Source: Octopus vulgaris (Eukaryota). From it: DNA of 64,000 nt. Below the pieces are notes generated by a model. The model did not search any database, was not told where the DNA came from, and saw only the letters and a program-made list of their open reading frames with translations. The translations under genes were made by a program, and so were the position numbers. Below, one piece after another: positions 1 to 14,190 of this stretch (its first letter is position 1; every line of letters begins with the position of its first letter). The stretch lies in assembly GCA_951406725.2 (NCBI GenBank), contig OX597814.1, forward strand, positions 36,828,001 through 36,892,000. Direction: 5' to 3'.

Positions 1-1389
1 CTTAGTGGTGAGAGCTTTAAATATTCTTAACATAAATTATGCCTTTGTCTATAGGTTTGGAATATATTTGTGCAGTGTTTATCAAGAGAGTTACATTCTG
101 TATGGATGCATGTCTTCTCTTTAAACCGCGCAGGAGGGATTACGTGTTTAGAAATATTTTTGTCGTATGTGTCCTCAAATGCGTGAAATTCTGACAATGC
201 CAACGATGTGCAATGGTGCACGCGCGTTACGATATTTGTGTTACTGGCAAAATTTCCATATTTTCTTTCTGTCTTATATTTGAATTTCATTCACCAGGTT
301 TACATAATCTGCCTGGACATAAAGTTATAACACCGACTATCTGTTGAATCTACGTGCACTTTTAGTATGTTAGTGTCTGTAGATATATGATTACACACAT
401 GTTTGGTGAATGTATGTATGAACAGGAACAAGCCATGTTCCATCTTATTCAAGACCGTGTCAGTGCCTATAAGTGGAAGCTCGTTTATTCTATGTATGCG
501 TTACCACAGATCTGTATGCAAATCGTTATGTGACAGCGGGGATGCATATATATGTGAATATGTGAATAAAATTTTGTCTCTGTTTTAATATCAAGCACTT
601 AGAATGTATATTTGAAATATTGCATTCAATATTATTTCAAACCGCGTGCCTTTGTATGCATAAAAATGCATGTATTTATGAGTATGCATTTATGAATCAT
701 ATGGTATGATTACATGCAAATATTGTCACGCGCAGACATGGACTCATGTGATTGCGCAGTTGTCTATATGTACGTGCATAAATTCTTCTCGTTTAGTTTT
801 TGCTGATTCTAACCATTATATTGCGGCCATGTTGGGCATCTGTTTTCGAATGGGCTTTTGTTGACGATCGCATCAATTATACATATTTCACCGTGGAACG
901 TACTTTCTTATTCCATGATTCACCGATCGCTTAAATTAACATTTTAACCCGAAATCACTCTTGATTAAACAATGATAGTTTGTGAAACATAAGCACATAC
1001 AGACAAACATATATACGCTCACAAAACACACACATATGCACACACCACACACACACACAAACACACAAACACACACACACACATACACATCTTACAAAAT
1101 GGATAACACATCTGACTTCAAATTAAACATTGTATGATCGAGATGCGTCGCGCTTACAGGAATATTTTAGCCGAGAAATTCGCCTTGTAAACACGTGGTT
1201 TCGTGTTCAAGTAATGTGGAGAAGTGTCTCCTATTATATCTCCGAGCCTATGAATACCATATGATTCAATAGAGGGAAACTGTGTGGAAGCTTGCCGTAT
1301 CTGTATGTATGGATAATGTAAGTGACTAGGCGTCAATGCGCCTGTCAATCTCCACTCAACAAGCATCTTAAATTTGTTAATGATCGGGT

Positions 1390-1485
1390 ACTTTGCGGCT
1401 TGGCAAAAGTGTGACTACTGGGTCGATTTCTTCGGTTAATCACCGTACCCCAGTATGGCTACAACCAAGCGACGAAAACAAGGAT
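1390..1485 (+). mobile_element. Degenerate SINE 3' fragment (family also at 42180-42590)
   Basis: GCGGCTTGGCAAAAG...GGGTCGATTTCTTCG...CCCCAGTATGGC resembles 42224-42340. Confidence 0.45.
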
Positions 1486-1670
1486 TATATATGAGTGTGA
1501 GAGAGAGTGTGTGGGTGTGTGTGTGTGTTTGTGTAAGCGCGTGCATGTGTGTAAAGATAGAGTGACATTGATATAAGCACACACATCATGCATGTGCATA
1601 TCCGTATGCATATATCTGTATATTTATATGCATTCATATATACACAGGCATTTATTGATGTATATCTATA

Positions 1671-1905
1671 CCTATTTCTTTACTACCCACAAGGAGCTAA
1701 ACACAGAGAGGACAAACAAGGACAGACAAACGGATTAAGTCGATTGTATCGACTCCAGTGTGTAACTGGTACTCATTTAATCGATACCGAAAGGATGAAA
1801 AGCAAAGTCGACTTCGACGGAATTTGAACTCAGAACGTAACGGCAGACGAAATACCACTAAAGATTTCGCCCGGCGTACTAACGTTTCTGCCAGCTCGCG
1901 GCCTT
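1671..1905 (-). mobile_element. Full-length tRNA-derived SINE (family A, tail type 1) with 13-bp TSD
   Basis: Reverse complement matches 39942-40173. B-box-like GAGTTCAAATTCC. TSD ATGTATATCTATA (1658-1670) vs ATGTATGTCTATA (1906-1918). Confidence 0.9.
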
Positions 1906-2499
1906 ATGTATGTCTATAGCTACATCCACATGCAAACTATCTCTCTCTTCATCACTCCCCTTCTCTCTCTGTCTATCTTTCTTTCTCTGTCTCTCACACG
2001 TATATAACATCGGCAATTCATAGCACACAAGAAGAAGCAAAAATTGATTTGTCTGTAACCATGCTCTGCATGTGCTCTTATTCAGGTCTGAAATGTTCTT
2101 CACTTTTGCGTCTGATTGTGTTCATCAGTGATTATTTAACTGTGTGCATGTATATGTAATTTGTCTTTCATCCATATGTTAACATGTGTGCAATTCTATG
2201 TGCATCAAGAAGTGATCATTGATTAGTATCTACGTATCAGCTTGCAATAATACATTTTTGTACACATACGTAGGCGCTGATAATGATGGATATGTTTACG
2301 TATGCGTTTACGCATAACTTATCTGTATGTATGTATGTTTCTGCATAGCGATCTCTGAATATGCATGTGTATGCATAGGATGGAAGTAATCATTGTGCGT
2401 TGTACAAGAAACATCAAAGTTAAAACAATGTTGGGTAGCGTGTGTCGATCATTACGTAGTGTTAAAGCAAAACCACATCAAGAAACATACACAGACAGT

Positions 2500-2751
2500 C
2501 ACACTACTTCTACACACACCCACATACATACACATATACAAGTGTAGATATAGGCATACACAGATATAGGCATACACATATACACGTATATATATATATC
2601 CAGACATCTCTCTATCTGTCTCTCTCTCTCTATCTGTATATATATATTTGAATGCACAAACACAAACGCACACACACATACATATATATATATATATACT
2701 CATGTTTAGATGTCCGAATATATGTGTGTTTGTCTGTATATACATACATAC

Positions 2752-2810
<59 letters not shown>

Positions 2811-3605
2811 GTATATAAATGTGTGTATGTATATGTATATGCATACAAATATATATATATGTATAGAAGCATATACAGACGGACGTATATATTTGCCACA
2901 TCAAAATACTGGCATGCACATACAGTCATGCACACACAAGCAGACACACTTGCACATATGCCTGATTACAAATAAGCATGTCTGTGTGCGTGTTTTGAAA
3001 CAAATATTTGAAGTACAGAATCCTGTTTGTTTTATTCGCCTTTGATCTCTGAAGTCCGTTGAAAACATTACGGTGAATTGTTGATATATAGTCCAATAGG
3101 AAATTGATGCCACTTCCCACACTGTGATAACACCACACACGCACACGCGGACACACACACACATACACACACACACACACACACATATATATACATATCT
3201 ATAATGCACACAAACAAATGCACACTGTTACACACACACAAACACAAATGCAGGCACACACGTGAAGAAATAGATGTATATAAGTGAACATGCATGCTTT
3301 TCGCCGTGCGCATGTCTATGTATAATGATGTTAGCGCAAATACATGCACTTACATATGCATATAATAATAGTAGCATGCATCTGCAGTGAGCTTACAGCT
3401 GTTTTAGTTTCCATCTGTAGAGTACAGTTCAAGAGATACACCCCTTTGCTTCACTCTTGTTGTCTATGCAGTTCTACTCAGACGATTGGTAATATTAAAG
3501 TTGTCTGCATCGATGCAAATTACAACCAAACACACACACACACACATACACACACATACACTCACACAACTATGTATTTATACATACATATATATGTATG
3601 CATGA

Positions 3606-3648
<43 letters not shown>

Positions 3649-3748
3649 CATATATATATATATAGAGAGAGAAAGACAAAAATGAATAGTTATACATGCA
3701 TATATAAATTCATAAACTTCTAAATTCACGTAAGTATATGTATGTATG

Positions 3749-3830
<82 letters not shown>

Positions 3831-3932
3831 CAAGTGGCCTGAACACTTTACATGAACACCACCCTGTACTTAACTGCCTTGCTATTTGCTTTTGAGCCAA
3901 ATTAACTAACTAACTAACTAACTAACTAACAT

Positions 3933-3971
<39 letters not shown>

Positions 3972-3972
3972 C

Positions 3973-4007
<35 letters not shown>

Positions 4008-4010
4008 TAT

Positions 4011-4074
<64 letters not shown>

Positions 4075-4135
4075 AAAGATAGAGAGGTAGATAGATAAAT
4101 AGATAGATATAGACAAAGATATATGTGTATATGCA
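2500..4135. repeat. Compound microsatellite-rich tract (TA, CA, TATG, GATA)
   Basis: Directly visible simple repeats. Confidence 0.9.
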
Positions 4136-4139
4136 CGTA

Positions 4140-5377
4140 CAGGGGTTGGAAAAAATAATGGAAACACCTTAAAATTTCAAACAAATATATTTTAACATGG
4201 GGTAACATCGATTTGGCAGTAATTACAGCTTAAATTCTGCGAGGTATGGACTAGGAGAAAGTTTGAATTTCTTCCAAAGGAATTTTTGTCCATCCTCCTG
4301 CTGAAACAGTCTCCGGGTCCTGTAGTGATGATAGTGGATGATATCGACTCCTCACATGTTTTTCTTAAATGCACCATAAATGTCCAATAATATTGACATT
4401 TGGGTACTGTGGTGGCCATATAAGATGTTCAACTTCACAAGAATATTCTTCGTGCCATTCAGTAACTACTTTAACTATGTTAATTGGTGCAATATTGCGT
4501 TTCTCTCCGGAGACAGTTCCGCAAATATAGGATGAATTTGATCAGATAAAATGCTTAAATAGTCTTGACTATTAATTCTGCCATGAATGGAAACCTTTGG
4601 GCTGGCAGATTTCCAACATATAGCCACCCACCCCACCCCACCGATTATCACAGACACTCCTCCATGTTTAACAGTTGGAAGGAGGTAGTCTGGATCAAAT
4701 GCTTCTTTTGGCTGTCTTCAAACGTATTCTCGGCCGGTGGTCGGAAATAAGGTAAAGGATGACTCGTCCGAGAAAATAATTTTATTCCTCTGCTCTGGGA
4801 ACCAATTCTGTAGGTTTTTACTTCACTCCAAACGCTTTGCAACGTTTGTTATTGAAAGGCTTTCTGAATGTAGCTCTCCCAGGAAATCCGGCTTTGTGCA
4901 GTTTCCGGCGAACAGTTTTTGTGGAAACTGGATTCTCGAGGTTGTCATTAAGCCTTGGGAGCTGTACTTTTGTGATCCTTTCTTAATAATTCGGGTAAGT
5001 ATCCGATGGTCCCTATGTGAAAGTCTTGGTTTTCTTCCACAGTTTTGTTTCAACGAAGAGGTTATTCCTTCTCTCTCGAAGTCTCTCATTACTTTCGAGA
5101 CAGTACTTCCTGATGCACCAAACATTTTTGCTGTTTTCGTTACGCTAGCGTTTGTCATACGAGCACCAACAATTTGACGTGTTTGAAAGTCCGATAGATC
5201 TGTCATTTTCATGAATTTTAATTACCTTTTTCTTATATCTGAAAAGAAAGAGCCATTTTAGCAAAACATATTAAGCAACACTAATAATAATAATAAAAAA
5301 CATAAAAATGGTTTTATAAATATTTCGAAATTATAATGCAATGATGCTCGGTGTTTCCATTATTTTGTCAACCCCTG
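4140..5377 (-). mobile_element. Tc1-family DNA transposon, full length, degenerate
   Basis: TA-flanked ~28-bp TIRs CAGGGGTTG(GA/AC)AAAATAATGGAAACACC at both ends, with Tc1 transposase remnants inside. Confidence 0.93.
4200..5212 (-). pseudogene. Tc1 transposase, frameshifted
   Basis: N-terminal HTH (DLSDFQTRQIVGAR...TVSKV, CGRKPRLS), GRINSQDYLSIL, and decayed WPPQYPNVNIIGHLW motif. Confidence 0.88.
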
Positions 5378-5482
5378 TATGTATATTTATATTTATACAC
5401 ACACATATATGTATATATATGTATACATGTATATATCTATATATATACATATATTACATATATGTATATATATGTATGCATG

Positions 5483-5515
<33 letters not shown>

Positions 5516-6085
5516 ATGTATTTAGGTACGTATATATACTCTCTGCAGGTTAAATTTATAAGTTTATGTCCTCTACTATATTCCCACAGGGTTGGTTAAC
5601 CTTGGCTTTCTCATCGCATGTATACTCTTCTAGAATTCAGAATAATTGGCCAAATCTCTAAGCAGTTACAATAAATCTTTCATGAGTGAATGAAAGTAAA
5701 CTCTAACGCATTCCTGCTATATGATGAATTTAAATTTGCTCCAGGCATTTGATTGTATTTATAGGCAGATCACTTTAGTTTACATTTTCTTCTGTTCATT
5801 TTACTGTCAGAAATAGGTATTCAATTTTCTGAGAATTTACAGGAGACATACAGGAAAACTTTCCAGGATTGTATTATCTGTCATCGAGTGAATGCTATGA
5901 AACCGGAGTTAAGAACCGACACTAAAGAGACATTATACATTCATACATGCATATATGCATACATGCATACATGCATGCTTGCATGCATACATACATACAT
6001 ACACAAACACACAGACAACGACACATAAACACAACACAACACAAGTAACTATCTATCTATATCTATCTTTCTCTATGTATGTATG

Positions 6086-6118
<33 letters not shown>

Positions 6119-6510
6119 CGTGCTGGAGTAGGGACTTCGGAGTTAAATCTATTTAGTATAGAAATGTAGAATTAACCTTGACAGGAATTTAACCTCCAAT
6201 TCCTAAAGTGATTGGCTTGCATCCAGTTTCACTATAACTGTGAATTTCCATTTGTAAGTAATTTGGTCAAAATACCATTATTGAAATCCTAACATCTGCT
6301 AATAAATGTATTTTCTAACCCCCACACCCTCCTACTGATGGTGACAATATGTGGTATCCATTCACTCACTGACATGTAACAGGTTTATTTAAATACATAC
6401 ATGCATGCATACATACATATACACATACATACATACATACATACATACATACATACATACATACATACATACATACATACACACGTACATACATACATAC
6501 ATACATACAT

Positions 6511-9099
6511 ACTGACGTCTGGAGACAGCATAAAGAAGACACTCACTTACAAACTGATTATTCTCAAGCCGGTGCAAACAGCTGTCAGTCAGAAACTCTT
6601 ACATCAGAAGATAATAACCGAGGAAAAATAATAAGCAAAAATATTTAACCAGAACTAGGCAGCAGTACACAGAGACAAAAGAGGAGGAGCAGTGAACATC
6701 ACGGAAGGTCCTTCACAAGAAGACTCCTTATGGAGGAAGACCAAGATGCTCCTTGGCTGGAAGAAATCCGAACAAGTTATTGCCACCTAAGACATACAGT
6801 ATTGATGGTGATACTCTTGCAACTGTGATCCAGAAACCTCAAGATGTAAAAGCACCTGCAAGACACTTGACCATTGGATATTGGCACAAGCTAACCTTCT
6901 ACCGACCACATCTTATCAAACTATACCAGCAATCTCTCATTGGGAACAGTAGCATACCACTCCGGTTAGCTCTGGTAGAGACAAAATTTGTCTTGAAATG
7001 TAGAACCACCCACATGGCAAAAATCTACCGCCCAATTGCACGCCAGAACATAATCTATAAGATATATACAGCATGCTTAAAACTTTTCCTCCAGAACCAT
7101 TGTGAAACCAATAACATCATCACAGCAAAACAAGCAGCTGGGAAGAAGGCAGTCTGGGGATGTAACGAGCAATTGTTAATTGTGAGAGGTGCGAGAGCAT
7201 AAGTGGAACCTAGTTTCAATGTGGTTAGACTACAAAAAACGCTTTTGACTCTGTTCCCAACGCATGGATTCTAGAAGGCCCTCAACTTGCTGAAGTTCCA
7301 GTGATCATAATTAAATCCATACCTGAACTGATTTCATCGTGGGCTACCATCTTTAAACTAATCACTATTTATGACTGTATTATCACTGATTGAATACAGT
7401 ATCGCAAAGACATATTTCAAGAGGACAGACTCTCTGTGAAGTTGTTTATACTTTCATTAAACCGCTTGTCATTTAGTTTAATTTATTGATGTAATCAACT
7501 TAATCCGTTTGTCTGTCCTTGTTTGTCACCTCTGTGTTTAGGCCCCTGTGGGTAGTAAAGAAATACGTATAGATATACATCAATAAATTACACACTGTTT
7601 GTTTGTGGATGACTTGAAACTTTATGCGAAAATATGCATGAGATGAAAAAGAGCCTTGATCTAGTTCAAACATTCTTAAAGTATGTAGGGTTGGAGTTTG
7701 GTCAAGATAAAAGTTGTTATATGGTTGTGAAAAGGGAGGGATACTGTAAACCAGATTAGCAACATCTCCATCAAAACCTGACTGCTTACGCTATGTCTGA
7801 TGAGGAATGTTCCAGTATCTAGGGTGGATGATAACATATATTACACTGGCACCTGTAACAAAACACGTGTCATTAAAGAATATTACAGTCGGATAAAGAA
7901 AATTTGAACATCAGAATACTCTGCATTAAAAAAAAACCGTGGCCCACAATGTGTTTGCAGTGCCAGTACTCATACCAACATTTGAGCTGCTTGATTGGAC
8001 GCTTGATGAGATCCGAGCAATTGATGTGAAAACCCGAAAAATACTAACAAGCATATATAATTTCAACATTAACAGTGACATAGATCGCCGCTCCCTAAAA
8101 CGAAAAAAAGGTGGCATTGACTTAACGGCGATTCAAAATACCTTTGAATGTCGTATCATATACCTGCAGCAAAATCTTTTAACCACCAATTGTTGACATG
8201 CATCCCTTGACCAAGTGTGCATAAATGAGGCTGGTAACATCATAAGACTTGGAAGGCAGTCCCTTCAGCAACATTCCTTGACTGTAAACCATTAATATAT
8301 GCCCAAAGAAGTCACACGATTTATCAGATGAAAGAATGATCATACAAGCGCAGAAGACCATGGATATGGTAGTAGAAAGCTCTGAGATAATAGTAACATT
8401 GACTATCAAAGCAGTCTATCATGAGCCAATAACTGGATTACTACCTCTCACTTTGAAGGGTATGCGTTTGTAATCCAGGAACAGGAAGTATCGACCAAAT
8501 ACCTGACGCATAAAAGGGATAGAGATGCAGGAAAGGCTGTAAAATGTGACAACCGATGCAGACTTTCTGGAGTTAACAGCGAAGATATCGTCCATATCAT
8601 AGATCAATGGAAAATGGGATACCTACGCTGACTTATTGAGAAATCTGCCGTTACTCTATCCAGATTATAAGTTCAGGTTTATACCTCTAATTATCGAAGC
8701 CCTGCGACATATGACATACTGCTTAAATACCAATCTTGAGAAATTAGACTTCTCAAAATCAGAAAGGAGAAAGCTAATTCGAAGAGTACAGATACAATCT
8801 ATCACTGGAACTGTAAAAATCTGTAAACATTTCCAGAAATATATCATTTAAATATATATGATTATATCTAGATATGCAACTATACGCATGAAAATACATA
8901 CATAAAACGAAACATACAAATCTGCATGCATACATACATACATACATACATACATACATACATACATACATACATGCATACATGCATACATACATACATA
9001 CATAACATACATACGTACAAACATATATACATTGGATCTAGGTTACAAATAGGGTCCTTCTTTATTGGCAGAAAATATTGAAATAAAACTGAACAATGG
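6511..9099 (+). mobile_element. R4/Dong-clade non-LTR retrotransposon, 5'-truncated, degenerate (RT + RLE region + 3' UTR)
   Basis: GCNEQLLI, WLDYKK/AFDSVP, THCLFVDDLKLYA, AHNVFAVPVL...IDVKTRKIL, EGYAFVIQEQEV, DNRCR, FIPLIIEAL. Ends GAAATAAAACTGAACAATGG then (CATA)n. Confidence 0.85.
7481..7588 (+). other. Inserted SINE-tail-plus-flank fragment matching 1650-1745
   Basis: 7493-7588 is the reverse complement of 1650-1745, including 22 identical bases beyond the SINE end. Interrupts the R4 RT. Confidence 0.75.
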
Positions 9100-9144
9100 C
9101 ATACATACATACATACATACATACATGCATACATACATACTTAC

Positions 9145-9542
9145 GCACCCATCTTGAGAAATTAGGCTTCTCAAAACCAGAAAAGAGAAAGCTGATTCGA
9201 AGACTACAGATCTAAGCCACCAGTGGGACTGTAAATATTTGTAAAACTTTCCAGAAGGTTATCATTTATGTATATATGAGCATGTCTAGATATTTAAGTA
9301 CATGCGTGAGAAGACATTCACAAAACAAATCTGTACGTATCCATACTTACATACATGCATACATACATCTTTTATCTTTTATTGGTTTCAGCCTATGACT
9401 GAGGTCATGCTGGTGCGCCACCTGTAGTTACATACAAAATACTTGGTTGATGTGAAAATCCCATTCAAGAAGCTTTGGATCTAGGTCAGAAACCGGCTCT
9501 TTCTCTATTGGCAAGAAACCTTGGAATAAAACTGAATGATGA
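9145..9542 (+). mobile_element. Second, strongly 5'-truncated R4/Dong-like copy (3' end only)
   Basis: 9152-9365 repeats 8733-8940 and 9475-9542 repeats 9032-9099. Flanked by (CATA)n, with a small SINE piece at ~9370-9425. Confidence 0.8.
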
Positions 9543-11911
9543 CATACATACATATATGCATATGTATATGCCTGTATATGAGTCTTTATATGTATTTATA
9601 TATATGTAATAAAATATAGTACACAGTCATTGTTTAGTCCAAGAGTAATGTTTGTTGCGGCAAGGATATGGTGTTTCTACAGGAATATTCCATATAAAAT
9701 TGTAGTTGTGTACCCCTAGACCTCTTTTGTCGTTGTTGTTGCTTTTAAGATCAGTGCGTTTGAATTGAGCAACATGTAGCTGTAATTTACAGAAGTTTAA
9801 TTGCTTGTGAAGGAACTCCTATTTTGCCCGTTTCATCCAGGGGAAATTTAAATGGCGTTTATATAAAATCATATCGTATGTAATGAAGGAGGTATTTTTA
9901 TATCTGCACCTCTCATTATTTAACAATATAAGGGTTCTAAAATGTTAAACAAAAGCTTTCTCCGCCATACTTCCTCATTAATATTAACTAAATACTCATG
10001 ACGTGAAGACGAAATAAAAGTAAACGAGAGACAAAAGCAAAATATAAATAAGAGATAGAAAGAAGTAACATTTCAATTAACACATTCTCCAGTTATCACT
10101 AATAACGGAAACTCTTAGGAGTGTTATCTTTGCTAAGGAATTTTATATAACATGATACAGACTGTGGTATCTCTTGTAACCAGATATGTTGGGTGAACTT
10201 ATACAGAAATTAATAAAGTGTTCAATTTTAATTCAACCACGGGTCATCAGCCAGGTTATTAGATGTGCTAGAAATAAATTCGAGAATACCTTCAAAAAAC
10301 ATTATATCAACATATGTAAAAAAATATAGCCAGGTTTGCAAATTACTGATCATGACTAGTTGTTCAAGGCTAGCTTTGGTTTAAAAATTACCCCCACCTA
10401 AATCAACAACTGTTTGGTGTAGTTGTCTATTCACCTCGTTCAAAAGTTTTATAACATATTTAGTAAGCGTTTACTGGCTATGTTTACTACAATCAACAGA
10501 GACTTTGATCAACTACTTCAATGCCACCGACTGAATTAAGCTTACTGAGGTTACTGAACCACAACAACAATACTTTTAGCAACGCCAGCAACAAAAAATA
10601 TGTTTAATAGACATTCATTGGTTTCAGTTGTATTTAGTTTGACAACGCACACCCTCAAATAAACAGTAGAAGAATGGGAACATTTTATCATTTAATCGGT
10701 GTAGGTCAAGCACTCTTTGGAAAGAAATCAATAATTGTATGTTATCAATAAGAATCCAAATAGGTTACTACTCATTCTCACTAATGTTCTCATAACATAT
10801 AGAAAAAATTGAATATAGGAACTGCTGTTAGCGATGGCATATTGTCAATGAAAAGGTAGATATCTAGGCCAAGAAATTTTATCATAGTTGGGTCTAACTG
10901 AACATATATGTATGGTTGTTGAATCATATTTTAAGACACTTCATTTCTTTTGCATTGCTTATATCAACATACATATGAGTATTCGCAAAATATTCTTCTT
11001 CTGTGTACTCTCAGAACTGAATAAGAAAATTAAGACAAAAACGTACTTAAATGCAGCTTCCCCTTGGCAATAGCATGTAATTCACCTAAAAATACTTAAG
11101 AAAACACAAGATGTGGAACAATTATTCCTGCAGAATCTTACAGTCGCTACCTACACATTTAATTCCTTAAGCTAAATTTTAATAAGAAAGTTTAAAAGAA
11201 ACAGATTTTAATACTACGCATATAACATAATGCATACTAGCTCAAAAATATAAAGATGTGTTCTCAAATTAAGTTTGGTATTGTCTAAGATGTATTCGTA
11301 ATGAGATGTGTAAATATACCTAGGAGAAAAATGTCACTACCACCAAATTTGCTTCTTGACAATTCAGAAGCTGAAAATATAATGGTCTAAATATATATAT
11401 AGGGGCGATCCTATTCAAGTAATGACGCTTCATTTGATCTGCGAAAATGTAGCACACAAAGCGTTTATGGACTTATGCGACACACACACACACACACATA
11501 TATATATATGGGTTTTTTCACTTAAAAAATATTGTCATGCATGAGATATTGGCGCTGTTACATGTACGAAGATATTTGATGAAATGTGTGTAAAACACCA
11601 AATCTTCCCCAGAAAAACGCTTCAGCCTTTAAGCCACCTTCGCTCTTTCTCTTTATTGTACTCTTTTTATCGATAATACCATCACTTCTAATCTTGCTTG
11701 GATAAATTGCATTACATAAATTAATATTAATGTTTTAATAGACAGATAGCACTTTTCCACAGAGAACTACTTGTATCTATATTTGTGTGTATATGAAGAA
11801 ATGAACGTACACGTATTTGTATAGACGCGCTTTTCTGATGTCAACAAATTAACAAATTCACTAAGCAAAAAGCCTTTAATTAATTCATATATATGTATAT
11901 ATATATATATA

Positions 11912-12034
11912 TTTAGCCTGCTCGCTTAGCCAGCGGGGTGGTGTCATGTGAAGGCTAAAACAATGAGAAGCGCATTGTGACCAGCGACGTGTAGCAATAT
12001 CTGATAGCCTGGTCGGTCACGGTGATCACGGTGA
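11912..12034. repeat. Short GC-richer unclassified interspersed repeat embedded in (TA)n
   Basis: Sharp compositional boundaries inside a TA tract. Internal GTGACC...GGTCAC palindrome. Confidence 0.4.
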
Positions 12035-12069
12035 TATATATATATGTATATATATATGTGTGTGTGTGT

Positions 12070-12116
<47 letters not shown>

Positions 12117-12123
12117 CATATAT

Positions 12124-12182
<59 letters not shown>

Positions 12183-12183
<1 letters not shown>

Positions 12184-12370
12184 GGTCCCAAGCTGTATCG
12201 GCCCTTGCCTTTCCCTTGGACAACATCGGTGACGTGGAGAGGGGAGGCCGGTATGCATGGGCGACTGCTGGTCTTCCATAAAAAAAAAAAACAACCTTGC
12301 CCAGACTTGTGCCTCAGAGGGTATCTCTCTAGGTGCAAACCCATGGTCAGTGCCTGACCGAAGGGGGTCA
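12183..12370 (+). mobile_element. SINE 3' part (family B)
   Basis: Homologous to reverse complements of 16530-16660 and 20250-20410. Confidence 0.75.
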
Positions 12371-12400
12371 AAAGCAAAAAAAATATGTATATATATGTAT

Positions 12401-12471
<71 letters not shown>

Positions 12472-12476
12472 AAACA

Positions 12477-12765
12477 TGACGGTTTAGTTCACAGGTGATC
12501 TAAACGATTAGGTGCGTTAGGTAAGAGCTGTAACGGATTACTAGGACTCCAAGGTTATAGCTGAGACGGTAGTTATGAAGCTATTGCAGATTTCTGATAT
12601 AGCGGATATATAATCGTTAAAGAGGACACCAAACGTTAAGGCAATGCAAACATATCAAGTCATATAAATTTTTCTTACAAAGATATTTTTTCCAATAATA
12701 ATAATGTATATGACTTGAGATATTTGCCTTGCCTTAAGGCTTGTTATCTTCTTTAACTATTATAC
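12477..12765 (-). repeat. Fold-back repeat, inverted copy of 17281-17495
   Basis: 12477-12668 is the reverse complement of ~17300-17490. 12685-12765 is a direct copy of 17283-17360, giving a local palindrome. Confidence 0.8.
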
Positions 12766-14039
12766 TTATACACACACATACACCCACACACAAACACACA
12801 CATACGCGCACATATAGACTTAAAAATCTACCTAAAATCAGGCTACTCAAAGCCCTGATAACTATTAGTTTTCAAATGAGAGCACCACTGCATAATTAAA
12901 CATATTCAGCCCCATAATCCCCCACCCAAGACGTTGCATAGGCAGACTAGAAATAATTCGACACTGACACACTTACAGTTGAACGAGTTCGTACATGTTT
13001 GAATACGTGTGTCTTACAAAATATATCGTAATTGAAACAAATCATCAATTTAATATAGAGACTAACATTCTTTGATTATCACTCCACAACTAACTCAACA
13101 GCTATTGCTTTTGATTTTACGGCTCAACGTGGACATAACGTTAGGTATAAGAGTGACATCGCTGAAGATAGGCCCCTATTATATAAATTCCTGAAGAGTG
13201 AATAACAGAATTGACTTAATTAGGACATAAACCCAAAATAAAAACATGTGTAAATAAAATTTATGCAACGTAAGCGATTCAGTAAACTAGAACATCCTAT
13301 GTAATGTTTGAAATACTAGTTATGAATACATAGTAGAAATAATGCATTCACCTGTATTGAAGATTCTATGATCTAAGTGAAATAAAACTTACATTGGCGT
13401 AAAAGTAAAGTTACATGTCTACAACTTTTTATTCATAAGAGACAGCTACGTGACACTAAGATTGATGAATGGGTGTGATAATCGAATAACGCATAGACTT
13501 TTGTTGATGAAACATTTCCGTTTAATAAAATAAATAAAATATATCACAGTAAAAATATTAAAAAATTTTAAGAAAGATTTTTCACATTAATATTGTCAAT
13601 ATTTCTAAGGTCACAGTCTAGTAGACGTGATATTTTTTCGTTATTTTTCCTCTTTCTCAAATTAGAAATAATCTTGCTTTGCTGTTTACTATGATTTTAG
13701 TCTGTATCCCTTAGGAAAGCTGAAGTTCGAGATCATATAAATCGCAATGCTCCTGTGAAACAGTGATGTCTTCTTTGAAGTCTATGCAAGCAATTTGTTT
13801 ACAAGTCTACGCCTGTTTCCGTTAGTAAATTTTCGTGTTTGTACATGGATATTATATTTGGGGAAGACACATGAAGCTGATTTAACTTAACACAGTGCAT
13901 GACTGGTACATATTTATTCTACATTTACAAAAAGTACAAATATTTAATTTAGCGGGATTAGAATTCAGAATATATCATAAACTAAATTCTGATACGTTTA
14001 GTCCCTTGGGAAGGCGCCTACATTAGTTGATTGTGTGTT

Positions 14040-14190
14040 GGGCTCACGGTTCTTATGTTCTGTATTCCATTCTCGGAGCAGGTAGCGCTTTCTGTCTTTC
14101 ATTAAAGCACTTCATTTCATATCGCCTCAGTTCACTCAGTTGAAAACAAACATCAGCAAGAGCTTCGGGTTTTGCCTTGCGACAAAAATG
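14040..14190 (+). mobile_element. Degenerate SINE (similar to 47138-47355)
   Basis: AAAGCACTTCATTTCA core and decayed B-box-like segment. Confidence 0.4.

Noticed and set aside
1-1370. Short ORFs at the window start
   Set aside because: No homology recognised and lengths are compatible with chance
2365-4208. Many ORFs rich in YI/CV/HT/YLSI repeats, here and throughout the window
   Set aside because: They are translations of stop-free (TA)n, (CA)n, (TATG)n and (ATCT)n microsatellites
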